Source: Candidatus Tayloriibacteriota bacterium | Lineage (GTDB): Bacteria > Patescibacteriota > Minisyncoccia > Phycocordibacterales > PALSA-1337 | Length of the DNA stretch: 64,000 bases | Direction: 5' to 3' | NCBI GenBank assembly: GCA_016215455.1 | Contig: JACRJP010000004.1 | Coordinates: 21,132 to 85,131, forward strand | In this document: piece by piece, positions 1-9,627 of the stretch | How positions within the stretch are numbered: position 1 is the stretch's first letter | Layout of the letters: every line of letters begins with the position of its first letter | Translations under genes and position numbers: made by a program | The notes under the pieces: model-generated | What the model saw: only the letters and a program-made list of their open reading frames with translations | Told to the model about the DNA's origin: nothing | Database searches by the model: none

Positions 1-1
1 A

Positions 2-256
2 CTTGCAGTTGAACAACTTCAGGGTGCCGAGCCAAAATTTGTTCTCGTATTCAACTGTATCGCACGTAATAAGCTTTTTGGTGATCGTGGAGGAGATGAA
101 ATTAACGCTATTCAAGAATCAATTGGCAAACAAGTACCACTCATCGGTTTCTATACGTATGGTGAACAAGCTCCTTTGTATGGAGAAGTAAAAAATCTTG
201 AGAAATGTTCTCCAGGATTTCATAATGAAACAGTCGTAATCGCAGTAATTGCTTAA
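2..256 (+). CDS. FIST C-terminal domain protein (5'-truncated by window edge)
   Basis: Not in ORF track. Frame 2 reads LAVEQLQGAEPKFVLVFNCIARNKLFG...VPLIGFYTYGEQAP...GFHNETVVIAVIA* with stop TAA at 254-256. C-x-x-R, GFYTYGE and FHNET are typical FIST_C motifs. Confidence 0.85.
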   Translation, partial: LAVEQLQGAEPKFVLVFNCIARNKLFGDRGGDEINAIQESIGKQVPLIGFYTYGEQAPLYGEVKNLEKCSPGFHNETVVIAVIA

Positions 257-260
257 TCAC

Positions 261-1088
261 ATGAAAACTACCTACACCCAAGAAGAAGTACAGAAAATAT
301 TTGATCAACAGGAGGTAAGTTCAAAGATGTTAGTTCGTCGAGATCTCGAATTGACTCGTGCAAATGAAATGCTTCGTGAGCTCGACAAACGAAAGTCAGA
401 CTTTCTCTCTGTTATGGCTCACCAATTACGAACTCCTCTTGCCGGTATCAAATGGACATTTAACATTCTCTTGAGTGAAGATCTTGGAACTCTCAATGAA
501 GAACAGAAGAAATTTCTCATGAAAGGATATGAGAGTAATCAACGCATGATTAATCTCATTGAAGATATGCTTGGTGCTGAACGTATTGGTTCGGGACGAG
601 CTCATTTCGACTTTGAGACAACTGGTATTCATCAAGTTCTTGAGACCGTGATGTTTGAACTTACTCCTCAAGCTGCTAATCGTGATGTAAGTATCAAGGT
701 AGAAGGAATTAATGAAAAACTCACGCCAGTAGTGGCTGACAGTGAGAAACTTAAGGCAGTATTTCAGAATCTCATTGATAATGCTATCAAGTACACTCGT
801 GCTGGTGGTACGGTAACAGTACGTTGTACTGACAACGGAGAATTTTTTGTAATTGCTATCAAAGATACTGGTATCGGTATTCCTCAGGAACAACAAAAGT
901 ATATTTTCAACCGTTTCTATCGAGCGCCGAATGCTATTAAAGAACAAACAGATGGATCTGGTCTCGGTCTTTTCATTGTGAAGGGTATCGTCGAAAAACA
1001 TGGAGGTACGGTATGGTTTGATAGTGAAGAGGGTAAGGGAACAACCTTTTACTTTACTCTTAGGAAGGAGTACAATAAAAGCGAATAA
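261..1088 (+). CDS. Cytoplasmic sensor histidine kinase (HisKA + HATPase_c)
   Basis: H-box MAHQLRTPL, N-box NLIDNAIKY, G1 DTGIGI, G2 GSGLGL. No TM or sensor domain. ATG at 261. Confidence 0.92.
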   Translation: MKTTYTQEEVQKIFDQQEVSSKMLVRRDLELTRANEMLRELDKRKSDFLSVMAHQLRTPLAGIKWTFNILLSEDLGTLNEEQKKFLMKGYESNQRMINLIEDMLGAERIGSGRAHFDFETTGIHQVLETVMFELTPQAANRDVSIKVEGINEKLTPVVADSEKLKAVFQNLIDNAIKYTRAGGTVTVRCTDNGEFFVIAIKDTGIGIPQEQQKYIFNRFYRAPNAIKEQTDGSGLGLFIVKGIVEKHGGTVWFDSEEGKGTTFYFTLRKEYNKSE

Positions 1089-1094
1089 AACTAT

Positions 1095-1913
1095 ATGTCA
1101 CAGCGCGTTCTCGTAATTGAAGATGATGTTTTTCTAGGAGATCTTCTCCTTGAGAAACTTAACAAAGAAGGCTACGATACCCATCTTGTACGAGATGGTG
1201 CGTTAGGTATTCCTTCAATCACTCAATTAAAGCCAGATATTATCCTACTTGATATTATTCTCCCGAATGTTAATGGATATGAGATTCTCGAGGCAAAACG
1301 AAAAGATCCAAACATCGCAGCAATTCCTGTTATTGTTATTTCAAACTCAGGCCAACCGGTTGAAGTAAGTCGTGTACTTGCCCTTGGAGTGAAAGACTAC
1401 CTCATCAAGGCTCGTTTTGATGTGAATGATGTGATTTATAAGATGCGTGAGGTATTGGGACAAGGACAACCAGCAGCCCAACCTTCAATAACTTCTTCTA
1501 CGGAACAGAAAGCTGCCGGAGGGGTTCCACAAGACCAAGGACTTTCAGGTAAGCATCTCTTATGGGTAGAAGACGATAAATTTCTTGGAGATATCCTTTC
1601 TCGAAAGCTTACTGCGCAAGGTGCTATCGTCTATCGTGCAAAAAATGCTGACGAAGCGTATGCATCAATCGAAAAAGATATACCTGATATGATTCTTCTT
1701 GATGTCATTCTACCTGGAGCAGATGGTTTTGAAATTCTACAGAAAGTTAAGATTTCTCCTCGAACAAAACAAGTACCTGTTATTATGCTTTCAAATGTTA
1801 GTCAAAGTGGTGAAATAGAGAAGAGTAAACTCCTTGGAGCACATAAGTTTCTCGTGAAGGCTGCAGTCACTCTCGACCAGATCATTCGTGAAATAAAAAC
1901 AGTTCTTGCATAG
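1095..1913 (+). CDS. Response regulator with two receiver domains and no output domain
   Basis: Two repeats: VIEDD...LLDIILP..NGYEIL...K and WVEDD...LLDVILP..DGFEIL...K, joined by a Q/P/A-rich linker. Confidence 0.9.
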   Translation: MSQRVLVIEDDVFLGDLLLEKLNKEGYDTHLVRDGALGIPSITQLKPDIILLDIILPNVNGYEILEAKRKDPNIAAIPVIVISNSGQPVEVSRVLALGVKDYLIKARFDVNDVIYKMREVLGQGQPAAQPSITSSTEQKAAGGVPQDQGLSGKHLLWVEDDKFLGDILSRKLTAQGAIVYRAKNADEAYASIEKDIPDMILLDVILPGADGFEILQKVKISPRTKQVPVIMLSNVSQSGEIEKSKLLGAHKFLVKAAVTLDQIIREIKTVLA

Positions 1914-1964
1914 TCCTCGGTTACTGGTATAGTGGTGAGAACGTCCTAACCATTCCACACTACA

Positions 1965-4562
1965 ATGGCTAATAAAAGCAACAAAACAGACGGCCCCCGG
2001 CGTAATGACGAGATGATTATCGTTAAAGGTGCACGTACCCACAACCTCAAAAATATTACGGTGGAAATGCCTCGTAATAAGATGATTGCTATTACCGGTC
2101 TCTCAGGATCAGGTAAGTCGTCACTCGCATTCGATACTATCTTTGCTGAAGGGCAGCGACGATACGTTGAGTCTCTTTCTTCATATGCTCGTCAATTCCT
2201 TCGTCAGATGCAAAAACCCGATGTTGATGAAATCATAGGTCTTTCACCAGCTATTTCTATTGATCAGAAATCTCGATCAAATAATCCTCGATCAACTGTC
2301 GCAACAATCACTGAAATTTACGATTACCTCCGTATCCTATTTGCTCGTGTTGGTAAGCCACACTGTCTTGAGTGTAATCGAGAGATTAAACGTATTACAA
2401 AAGAAGAAATTCTTGATGTCATCTTAAAACAAGTAGCGAGTCATGCTGCAGGAGGAAAAAAGGTACTCGGCGTTGAGCTATCTGATGCAAAAATTAAAAT
2501 ATATGCTCCTGTGGTACTTGGTCGTAAGGGTGAATACTATCAGCTTCTCTACGATCTTCTTGGAAAAGGATATACAAAAGTAAAGGTAGACGGCATAGCA
2601 CATCTACTCCGTGAACAAATTGTACTTGATAAGAATAAGAAACACAGTATTGATGTTTTGGTTGACGAACTCTTTCTGAGTGAATTTACCAACAAGAAAC
2701 AGTCAGCGAATGCTAAAGAACGTCTTTCAGAAGCACTCGAACGAGCTATTGAAGAAGCTAATGGCCTTATCCGTATCGAATTCCCGAATGATGAAAAGCT
2801 CATGTCGGTTAAATTCATGTGTCCTTACGATGGATTTTCATATCCTGAAATTGAACCTCGCTTATTCTCATTTAACTCACCATATGGCGCATGTCCTGAA
2901 TGTAATGGTCTCGGTACTCAAGTATTCTTTGGTGATGAACCGTGTGGGGTGTGTAAGGGAGCACGACTTCGTCCCGAAGCACTTCATGTAAAGATAGGTA
3001 ATCATAACATTGTTGATACTACGGCACTTTCAATTGATACAGCCAAGAAATTCTTTGAAGATGTAGAACTTACTGATACTGAAAAAGAAATTGCTAAGGT
3101 GATTCTCAAAGAGATTGAATCTCGACTTCAATTCATGCTAAATGTCGGTATCGAATACCTTACACTCGATCGTCGAGCTCATACACTTTCAGGTGGAGAA
3201 GCTCAACGTATTCGCCTTGCTTCACAGCTTGGATCAGGTCTTGTGGGAGCTCTCTATGTACTCGATGAACCAACAATTGGTCTTCATCAACGAGACAACG
3301 ATCGTTTGATTAAAACTCTCATATCACTTCGTGACCTTGGTAATACTATTATCGTCGTCGAACACGATGAAGATACGATGTTTGCCTCTGACTATATGAT
3401 CGATATCGGGCCAAAGGCTGGAGTTCATGGCGGTAATGTAGTCGTAGCGGGATACCTTGAAGATCTTCTTACCGCTAAGAAAAATGATTCTGGCTCATTA
3501 ACCCTTTCATATCTTCGTGGAGAAACAAAGATTCCTGTTCCTCATAAGCGTCGTGAACCGAAAGGTAAGATCATGGTTCGTGGTGGAAATGTTTTCAATA
3601 TTAAAAATATGGATGTTGATATACCACTCGGTTGTTTCAATGTCATTACCGGTGTTTCAGGATCGGGTAAATCATCATTGATGTATGAAATTCTTCACAA
3701 AAATCTTGAAGGACGACTTGAACGACGACATCGAACTGCACAGTTATATAACTGTAAGAGTTTTGAAGGTACTGAATACCTTAGTCGTACTATTCTCATC
3801 GACCAATCTCCGATTGGACGAACTCCACGATCAAATCCAGTGACATATACTGGGGCATGGACACATATCCGAGATCTTTTTGCTGCATCACCTGAAGCTC
3901 GAGCTCGTGGTTGGGGTCCTGGAAGATTTTCATTCAATGTGAAGGGTGGACGTTGTGAAGCATGTCAGGGTAATGGTGAAATTGCTGTTGAAATGCATTT
4001 CTTGCCGACAGTATATGTGCCCTGTGAAGTCTGTGCTGGTAAGCGCTTCATGAAAGAAACTCTTGATATCAAGTATAAAGGTAAGAGCGTGTATGACGTG
4101 CTCCATATGACAATTGAGGAAGCCCTCGTATTCTTTGAAGACATTCCAGCTGTGTCAGATCGACTTCAAACTCTTGGTGAAGTAGGTCTTGGATATCTTA
4201 AACTTGGACAATCAGCAACCACTCTCTCTGGTGGAGAGGCTCAACGTGTCAAAATTTCATCAGAACTCTATCGTGCGCATTTGCAAAAGACTATCTATCT
4301 TCTCGATGAACCTACCGTCGGTCTCCATTATGAGGATGTACGAAAACTCATTGAGATTCTCGAACGACTCGTCGAAAAGGGAAATACTGTTGTGGTGATT
4401 GAACACAATCTTGATCTCATTAAGTGTGCAGACTACGTGGTTGATGTTGGTCCAAACGGAGGAACTGGAGGAGGAAATATTGTTGCTAAAGGAACACCTG
4501 AAGATGTTGCACGAAATGCAAAATCATACACAGGACAGTATTTGAAGAAGTTGTTGAAATAA
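1965..4562 (+). CDS. uvrA: Excinuclease ABC subunit A
   Basis: GARTHNLKN, two Walker A motifs ([18 protein letters not shown]), two LSGGEAQR signatures, Zn-finger Cys motifs. Confidence 0.98.
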   Translation: MANKSNKTDGPRRNDEMIIVKGARTHNLKNITVEMPRNKMIAITGLSGSGKSSLAFDTIFAEGQRRYVESLSSYARQFLRQMQKPDVDEIIGLSPAISIDQKSRSNNPRSTVATITEIYDYLRILFARVGKPHCLECNREIKRITKEEILDVILKQVASHAAGGKKVLGVELSDAKIKIYAPVVLGRKGEYYQLLYDLLGKGYTKVKVDGIAHLLREQIVLDKNKKHSIDVLVDELFLSEFTNKKQSANAKERLSEALERAIEEANGLIRIEFPNDEKLMSVKFMCPYDGFSYPEIEPRLFSFNSPYGACPECNGLGTQVFFGDEPCGVCKGARLRPEALHVKIGNHNIVDTTALSIDTAKKFFEDVELTDTEKEIAKVILKEIESRLQFMLNVGIEYLTLDRRAHTLSGGEAQRIRLASQLGSGLVGALYVLDEPTIGLHQRDNDRLIKTLISLRDLGNTIIVVEHDEDTMFASDYMIDIGPKAGVHGGNVVVAGYLEDLLTAKKNDSGSLTLSYLRGETKIPVPHKRREPKGKIMVRGGNVFNIKNMDVDIPLGCFNVITGVSGSGKSSLMYEILHKNLEGRLERRHRTAQLYNCKSFEGTEYLSRTILIDQSPIGRTPRSNPVTYTGAWTHIRDLFAASPEARARGWGPGRFSFNVKGGRCEACQGNGEIAVEMHFLPTVYVPCEVCAGKRFMKETLDIKYKGKSVYDVLHMTIEEALVFFEDIPAVSDRLQTLGEVGLGYLKLGQSATTLSGGEAQRVKISSELYRAHLQKTIYLLDEPTVGLHYEDVRKLIEILERLVEKGNTVVVIEHNLDLIKCADYVVDVGPNGGTGGGNIVAKGTPEDVARNAKSYTGQYLKKLLK

Positions 4563-4593
4563 AAAAACAAACAAAAGTATACTGGGTAGCATC

Positions 4594-5136
4594 CTAGTGA
4601 ACTACTCCCAGGAGATTGAAAACCTCATAGCCCTCGTGATGCACTCTCGTATTGCCATGCTGGAGCAAAGCGATTGCGAGGAATGCTCGTGCGCGCCGGA
4701 TGAAGTCGTTGGGGTTACTTGCGCAAATCTCCACTTCGAGCTGAACTAAGTCAGCGGCTTTCTCCAGTGTCTCGCAGAAACGATCTGCGTTCGGCGCTGA
4801 TGTTGTCGGGACACGGAAGTAGAGAATTCCGCCAATCACGATGATCGCAATGAATGGGATCGACAGGCCGATAAGCCCATACTTTTCCAGGGCCATGACC
4901 GACAGGTCACCTTTCAGTATCACGAGCAGAAGAAGGAGAAGAGATGCGATGATCATTCTGATTCCGATTCTCGAGCGGCAGCGGTTTTCTTTTTCCTGTG
5001 CCATGATCGTCAATCGAGCTTCCTCGATCGGGTTCACGCCAAAGCGCTTCGTGAAAGAACTTACCCAGCCTGATGGCAGGATACCTTGGTCATGTAACTG
5101 GACCAAGCGACAGAGAGCGAGAGGGCGAGTGTTCAT
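4594..5136 (-). CDS. Hypothetical two-TM membrane protein (orphan)
   Basis: Two hydrophobic segments. Likely start MNTRPL at 5136; TTGACA promoter on the - strand near 5196-5201. Confidence 0.6.
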   Translation of the reverse strand: MNTRPLALCRLVQLHDQGILPSGWVSSFTKRFGVNPIEEARLTIMAQEKENRCRSRIGIRMIIASLLLLLLVILKGDLSVMALEKYGLIGLSIPFIAIIVIGGILYFRVPTTSAPNADRFCETLEKAADLVQLEVEICASNPNDFIRRARAFLAIALLQHGNTRVHHEGYEVFNLLGVVH

Positions 5137-5209
5137 ACATGAGATTGTGGTTTTCAAGCCAACTCTGTATACTATTGAAGCACTAATATAGAATCTGTCA
5201 AGGAATACT

Positions 5210-6439
5210 GTGAAATTAGAAAACTTTGAACAATTACATATACCTGACAACCCTGGAGTATACCTATTCTATGGTTCAACATCAGATACTCAGCCACTAT
5301 ACATTGGTCGAGCAACCTCTCTTCGTGACCGTGTACGAAGCTATTTTGGTGATGATCTCATACATACTCGTGGTCCACTACTTGTTGATCTTGTAACTAA
5401 GGCTGAAACTATCAAATGGCAAGAAACCGACTCTGTTCTTGAGGCGATTATCCTTGAAGCTAATCTCATTAAGAAGTATCAACCATATTACAATACCAAA
5501 GAGAAGGATAATAAGAGTTTTAATTATGTTGTGATTACCAAAGAAGATTTTCCTCGAATACTTGTGGTGCGTGAGAGAAATTTGGAAAAAGATGCAACAG
5601 AAAAGAATTTTAAGGTACTTCATAAGTTTGGGCCGTATCCTCACACAGGAACTTTAGTTGAAGTCCTCAAGATTATTCGAAAGATGTTTCCATATCGAGA
5701 CAAATGTACACCAAATTCTGGTAAGCCATGTTTCAATCGTCAGATCGGTCTTTGTCCTGGGGTATGTAACGGGGACATTACCTCAAAAGAGTATAAAAAG
5801 AGCATTGCTCGTATAGTTCTATTTTTTGAAGGTAAGCGTTCAAAACTCATTGCAGATCTCGAAAAGGATATGACACAAGCTGCTCATGAAGAATGCTTTG
5901 AAAAAGCAACCTCACTTCGGGGTGTACTGTACAAGATCACTCATATTCATGACATGGCAATTCTTAAAGATGAACGCAATGAGACTTCAGATACTGGTTT
6001 TCGTATTGAAGCATACGATGTGGCACATCTCGGTGGTACAAATATTGCAGGGGTCATGGTGGTTGCGCATGACGGTATTCTCGAAAAAGGAGAGTATCGA
6101 AAATTTAAAATAACAACAGCAAAGAATGCTCACGAGACTCAATCACTTCGAGAGATTTTGACTCGTCGATTTTCTCATCCTGAATGGAGATTAGCTAATA
6201 TCATCGTTGTGGATGGTAATGATGTACAGAAGAATGCAGCAGAAGCGGTTCTTGCTGAGCTTAAACTGACCATTCCTGTACTCGCAGTAGTCAAAGATGC
6301 TCGTCATAAGCCACGAGATTTTATCGGTGATCCTGAACTTATTACACAGCATCGAGCAACTATCCTTAAACTTAATGCTGAGGCACACCGTTTCTCGATT
6401 TCATACCACCGTCTTTTGCGTTCACGAATTATTCGGTGA
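5210..6439 (+). CDS. uvrC: Excinuclease ABC subunit C (short form, no C-terminal HhH)
   Basis: GIY-YIG (PGVYLF..LYIGRATSLRDRVRSYF), LEANLIK.YQP.YN, RNase H-like RIEAYDVAH, YRKFKI, VVDG, EAHRF. Confidence 0.93.
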   Translation: MKLENFEQLHIPDNPGVYLFYGSTSDTQPLYIGRATSLRDRVRSYFGDDLIHTRGPLLVDLVTKAETIKWQETDSVLEAIILEANLIKKYQPYYNTKEKDNKSFNYVVITKEDFPRILVVRERNLEKDATEKNFKVLHKFGPYPHTGTLVEVLKIIRKMFPYRDKCTPNSGKPCFNRQIGLCPGVCNGDITSKEYKKSIARIVLFFEGKRSKLIADLEKDMTQAAHEECFEKATSLRGVLYKITHIHDMAILKDERNETSDTGFRIEAYDVAHLGGTNIAGVMVVAHDGILEKGEYRKFKITTAKNAHETQSLREILTRRFSHPEWRLANIIVVDGNDVQKNAAEAVLAELKLTIPVLAVVKDARHKPRDFIGDPELITQHRATILKLNAEAHRFSISYHRLLRSRIIR

Positions 6440-6456
6440 TATAATGATTGTCATAT

Positions 6457-7422
6457 ATGGCACTTATTAATGTCGGCGTCCTCCGTGGAGGTCCAAGTAA
6501 TGAATATGAAGTGTCTCTCCAAACAGGGGGAGTTGTTTTACGTCATCTCGATACTAATAAATATAAACCTCATGATATTTTTATTGATAAAGAAGGTGTG
6601 TGGCATATGGGAGGTACTCCTCGCCAGCCTGAGAATATTCTTTCTCAAGTTGATGTCTTGTTTAATGCTCTGCATGGAGAATATGGTGAAGATGGTAGAA
6701 TCCAACAACTTCTTGAGAGTCATGGTGCACGCTATACCGGTTCAGATGCTCTTGGTTCTGCTTTGGGAATGAATAAAGCACTCGCAAAGCAAATATTTAA
6801 GGATCACGGGATTAAAACTGCTCACTATACGGTCATCTCAGATGCAAGTAATCTTCACCAAACAGCCGTTGAACTCTTTAGAAAGTTTCCTATGCCTGCT
6901 GTTGTTAAACCTCTCGCAAGTGGTTCATCAGTAGGGGTAACAATTGCAAAAGATTTTCATAGTCTTGAAGCAGGACTTCGTCATGCATTTCAATTTGGTG
7001 ATGCTGTTATCGTCGAAGAATTTATTCCAGGCATTGAAGCAACTTGTGGAGTTATTGAAGGATATCGAGATCATGACTTATACGCTTTACCACCAGTCGA
7101 GATTCGACCTCATGGTGATCGTTTCTTTGATTATGAAGCAAAATATCAAGGGAAGTCAGAAGAGATTTGTCCTGGTAATTTTGACCATGATACAAAGGCG
7201 ATGATTGAACACTTAGCGAAAGCGGCACATAAAGCTCTTGGTTTACGACACTATTCTCGTTCAGATTTCATTGTTTCACCACGTCGAGGTGTATATATCC
7301 TTGAAGTGAACACTCTACCCGGACTTACTGAAGAATCTCTTTTCCCAAAATCACTCAATGCTGTAGGGAGTAATCTTTCGCATTTCTTTGATCATCTCAT
7401 TGAACTTGCGTTGCAAAAATAA
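6457..7422 (+). CDS. ddl: D-alanine--D-alanine ligase
   Basis: GGPSNEYEVSL, ALHGEYGEDG, GSSVGV, FFDYEAKY, LEVNTLPG. Confidence 0.97.
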   Translation: MALINVGVLRGGPSNEYEVSLQTGGVVLRHLDTNKYKPHDIFIDKEGVWHMGGTPRQPENILSQVDVLFNALHGEYGEDGRIQQLLESHGARYTGSDALGSALGMNKALAKQIFKDHGIKTAHYTVISDASNLHQTAVELFRKFPMPAVVKPLASGSSVGVTIAKDFHSLEAGLRHAFQFGDAVIVEEFIPGIEATCGVIEGYRDHDLYALPPVEIRPHGDRFFDYEAKYQGKSEEICPGNFDHDTKAMIEHLAKAAHKALGLRHYSRSDFIVSPRRGVYILEVNTLPGLTEESLFPKSLNAVGSNLSHFFDHLIELALQK

Positions 7423-7466
7423 AAAAAAGAAGGTAGAATGTTTTGCGTTATAGTATGTGCTGTATT

Positions 7467-7539
7467 GGGCCCTTAGCTTAGTTGGTAGAGCGCCTCATTT
7501 GCAATGAGGAGGTCGCCGGTTCGAATCCGGCAGGGTCCA
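7467..7539 (+). tRNA. tRNA-Ala(TGC)
   Basis: Acceptor GGGCCCT/AGGGTCC with the G3.U70 Ala determinant. Anticodon stem CCTCA/TGAGG with loop TTTGCAA. T-arm GGTTCGAATCC. CCA not encoded. Confidence 0.97.
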
Positions 7540-7568
7540 CAAAACAAATCGGTAGAGCAAATAATATT

Positions 7569-8225
7569 ATGAATATTGAAAACGGAATAAATGCAAAAGA
7601 GCAACTAAATCCGGTTTCAATAGAAGAACCTACCTATATTTATAAAAGAAGTGGAGAAACCCTTACTGTTACTCCCGAAGATGAAAAAAGATATAGTGAA
7701 GCAGTTACTGCATTTATTGCAGCCAAGAATCAATTTGAAAACGACAGAGAAAGTAGTGTAATTATTGAAGAATACGTTGAAAAGTTTTGGCGAAGTGCTT
7801 ATGAGAATCTTCCTGAGATACCAGCAGGATATGTGCGTCTTTTACATCATACATTTAGTTCAAGTCAGGCAGAAGGAATCCGTCAAAATGGATTAAGATA
7901 CGGGGGAACCACTATGGGTAGTTATAGTTATCTTAATAAGATTGCATACACCGCTAATATTGTGCGAGATATGAATGAAAGGGATGAAAGCGGAAATCGT
8001 ATTTTGTATAACAGTCGTGTAGAGACCCAGAAAGAAGGGGTTGTTGTGATTTTCGATCTTCCAGAAGAAGATTTGAAGAAATATGAATATAACAATGGAG
8101 CACCTGGTGTGATCCCAGCTGAATTTTTTGTAGCTGCTTTACCAGAAAGAACACCTATTGTTTGGATTAACTACGAAAAAAGAATTTTTGCCCCGTTATC
8201 GCAAAGATTTAATGAGAAACTGTGA
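7569..8225 (+). CDS. Hypothetical protein, possible ADP-ribosyltransferase-like fold
   Basis: ATG 7569; the ORF-track start overlaps the tRNA. VRLLHHT..S..AEGIRQNGL resembles the LYHGT..A..I...GL start of ART/Tpt1-like domains. Confidence 0.5.
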   Translation: MNIENGINAKEQLNPVSIEEPTYIYKRSGETLTVTPEDEKRYSEAVTAFIAAKNQFENDRESSVIIEEYVEKFWRSAYENLPEIPAGYVRLLHHTFSSSQAEGIRQNGLRYGGTTMGSYSYLNKIAYTANIVRDMNERDESGNRILYNSRVETQKEGVVVIFDLPEEDLKKYEYNNGAPGVIPAEFFVAALPERTPIVWINYEKRIFAPLSQRFNEKL

Positions 8226-8234
8226 TTTCTAGAT

Positions 8235-8265
8235 GAGGTTGCTGGTTCGAATCCGGCAGAGTCTA
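8235..8265 (+). repeat. Degenerate direct repeat of the tRNA-Ala 3' end (attR-like)
   Basis: GAGGTTGCTGGTTCGAATCCGGCAGAGTCTA vs tRNA 7509-7539 GAGGTCGCCGGTTCGAATCCGGCAGGGTCCA: 27/31 identical, all four changes are transitions. Confidence 0.88.
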
Positions 8266-8314
8266 TAAAATATCTCTCCTATACTAATCTTGGTTTTAAT
8301 GATTAAATTATAGT

Positions 8315-9403
8315 ATGAAAAAAATCATTTGGTCTGCAGTTGTTGTTATTATAATTGTGATAGGTTGGTTATTTACTAACAACAAACAGTCTAAATTAGT
8401 AACTAGTCACTCAATTAAGATTGGTGTCATAGCTCCACTTTCTGGCCCTCTAGCAGAATACGGAGAAGCATTTCAGAATGGTATCATCCTTGCGCAAGAG
8501 AAACTTAAGAATAACAAACTCCAATTTGTTTTTGAGGATAGTGCATATGACTCAGGTAAGGCAATTGCTGCTTTTAACAAGCTAAAAGATTTTGATAAGG
8601 TAAATGTGATTATCAACTGGGGTGATCCTACATCGCAAGCCATTGCACCTCTTGTGAAAACTAATTCGATTCCTTTTATCGCGGTGACAACTATTCCATC
8701 AGTTGCTGAACAAAGTCCGTATATCATCAGAACCCTAAATCGTTCAGAAGACGCGGCGGGAGCAACTTGGGAATATTTAAGGTCAAAAAACTTTAAAAAT
8801 GTTGGTATTGTAAAGCTTGAAACACCGTATTTTAATAGTCTTGTAGATTCGCTTATCAAGACAAAACAAACTGACGAAAAAGTTACTATTATTGATACCT
8901 ATCTTTCATTTGGTGATAAAGATTTCAGAACATCGATTAGTAAAATAAAAAATACATCGAAGTATGATGTTATTGGTGTATTCCTTGCGGGAGGTCAAAT
9001 CAGCCAGTTTTATAAACAGGCAAGTACTCTCGAAATGAAAACTCCTACATTTGGGACGGATTTTTTTGAAAGTCAGAGTGATATTGATGCCGCAGGAACA
9101 ACTATGAATGGAGTGGTGTATGTAAACTATGATGTTTCAGATGATTTTAGAACTGAATATCAAAATAGATTCAAAAATATAAGCCAAATTGCATACGCTG
9201 GTAATGGGTACGATACTGTAATGATGCTTAATAGTATTCCAGACGCAGATAAAGATTCAGTTATTAATACTCTTAAGGCTGTAAAAGATTACTCGGGAGT
9301 AGTTGGAAAATGGAATTTACTCGAAACAACCACTGATCGCTATCTTTCATCACCGTTCCATATAAAAATTATCCAGGACGGGATAATAAAAACTCTTAAT
9401 TAA
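8315..9403 (+). CDS. LivK-like (branched-chain amino acid family) ABC substrate-binding protein
   Basis: N-terminal TM anchor, IKIGVIAPLSGPLAEYG, FEDS.YD...AIAAFNKL, DFRTSISKIK, AGNGYD. No cognate permease nearby. Confidence 0.85.
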   Translation: MKKIIWSAVVVIIIVIGWLFTNNKQSKLVTSHSIKIGVIAPLSGPLAEYGEAFQNGIILAQEKLKNNKLQFVFEDSAYDSGKAIAAFNKLKDFDKVNVIINWGDPTSQAIAPLVKTNSIPFIAVTTIPSVAEQSPYIIRTLNRSEDAAGATWEYLRSKNFKNVGIVKLETPYFNSLVDSLIKTKQTDEKVTIIDTYLSFGDKDFRTSISKIKNTSKYDVIGVFLAGGQISQFYKQASTLEMKTPTFGTDFFESQSDIDAAGTTMNGVVYVNYDVSDDFRTEYQNRFKNISQIAYAGNGYDTVMMLNSIPDADKDSVINTLKAVKDYSGVVGKWNLLETTTDRYLSSPFHIKIIQDGIIKTLN

Positions 9404-9421
9404 GAGTGTGCATATCTATAT

Positions 9422-9449
9422 TTGACAAGTCTACAATATATAGTATTGT
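9422..9449 (+). promoter_or_regulatory. sigma70-type promoter for leader peptide / ABC exporter
   Basis: TTGACA at 9422-9427, TAGTATTGT -10 region, ATG at 9457. Confidence 0.6.
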
Positions 9450-9456
9450 AATTTAC

Positions 9457-9549
9457 ATGACTTTTTACGGGTCAAACCAAATAAATAACCTCAACCGATC
9501 ACACTCATCTTTGTGTGAAAGCGGGCATTTGTGGCGTTCTGAGTACTAA
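9457..9549 (+). CDS. Putative 30-aa leader peptide MTFYGSNQINNLNRSHSSLCESGHLWRSEY
   Basis: Directly after the promoter. Its 3' end contains TGTGGCGTT, complementary to the 5' arm of the downstream terminator. Confidence 0.6.
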   Translation: MTFYGSNQINNLNRSHSSLCESGHLWRSEY

Positions 9550-9566
9550 CATCTATTTTCAGTATT

Positions 9567-9597
9567 TTAAACGCCACATATGTGGCGTTTAATTTTT
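9567..9597 (+). terminator. Attenuator terminator hairpin
   Basis: Perfect 26-nt palindrome TTAAACGCCACAT/ATGTGGCGTTTAA followed by TTTTT. Confidence 0.75.
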
Positions 9598-9627
9598 GCT
9601 CTTTAACTTCAACAGAAAGGTGTCCGT

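Noticed and set aside
7482-7568. ORF-track N-terminal extension MVERLICNEEVAGSNPAGST
   Set aside because: It is the translated tRNA-Ala; the real start is ATG 7569.
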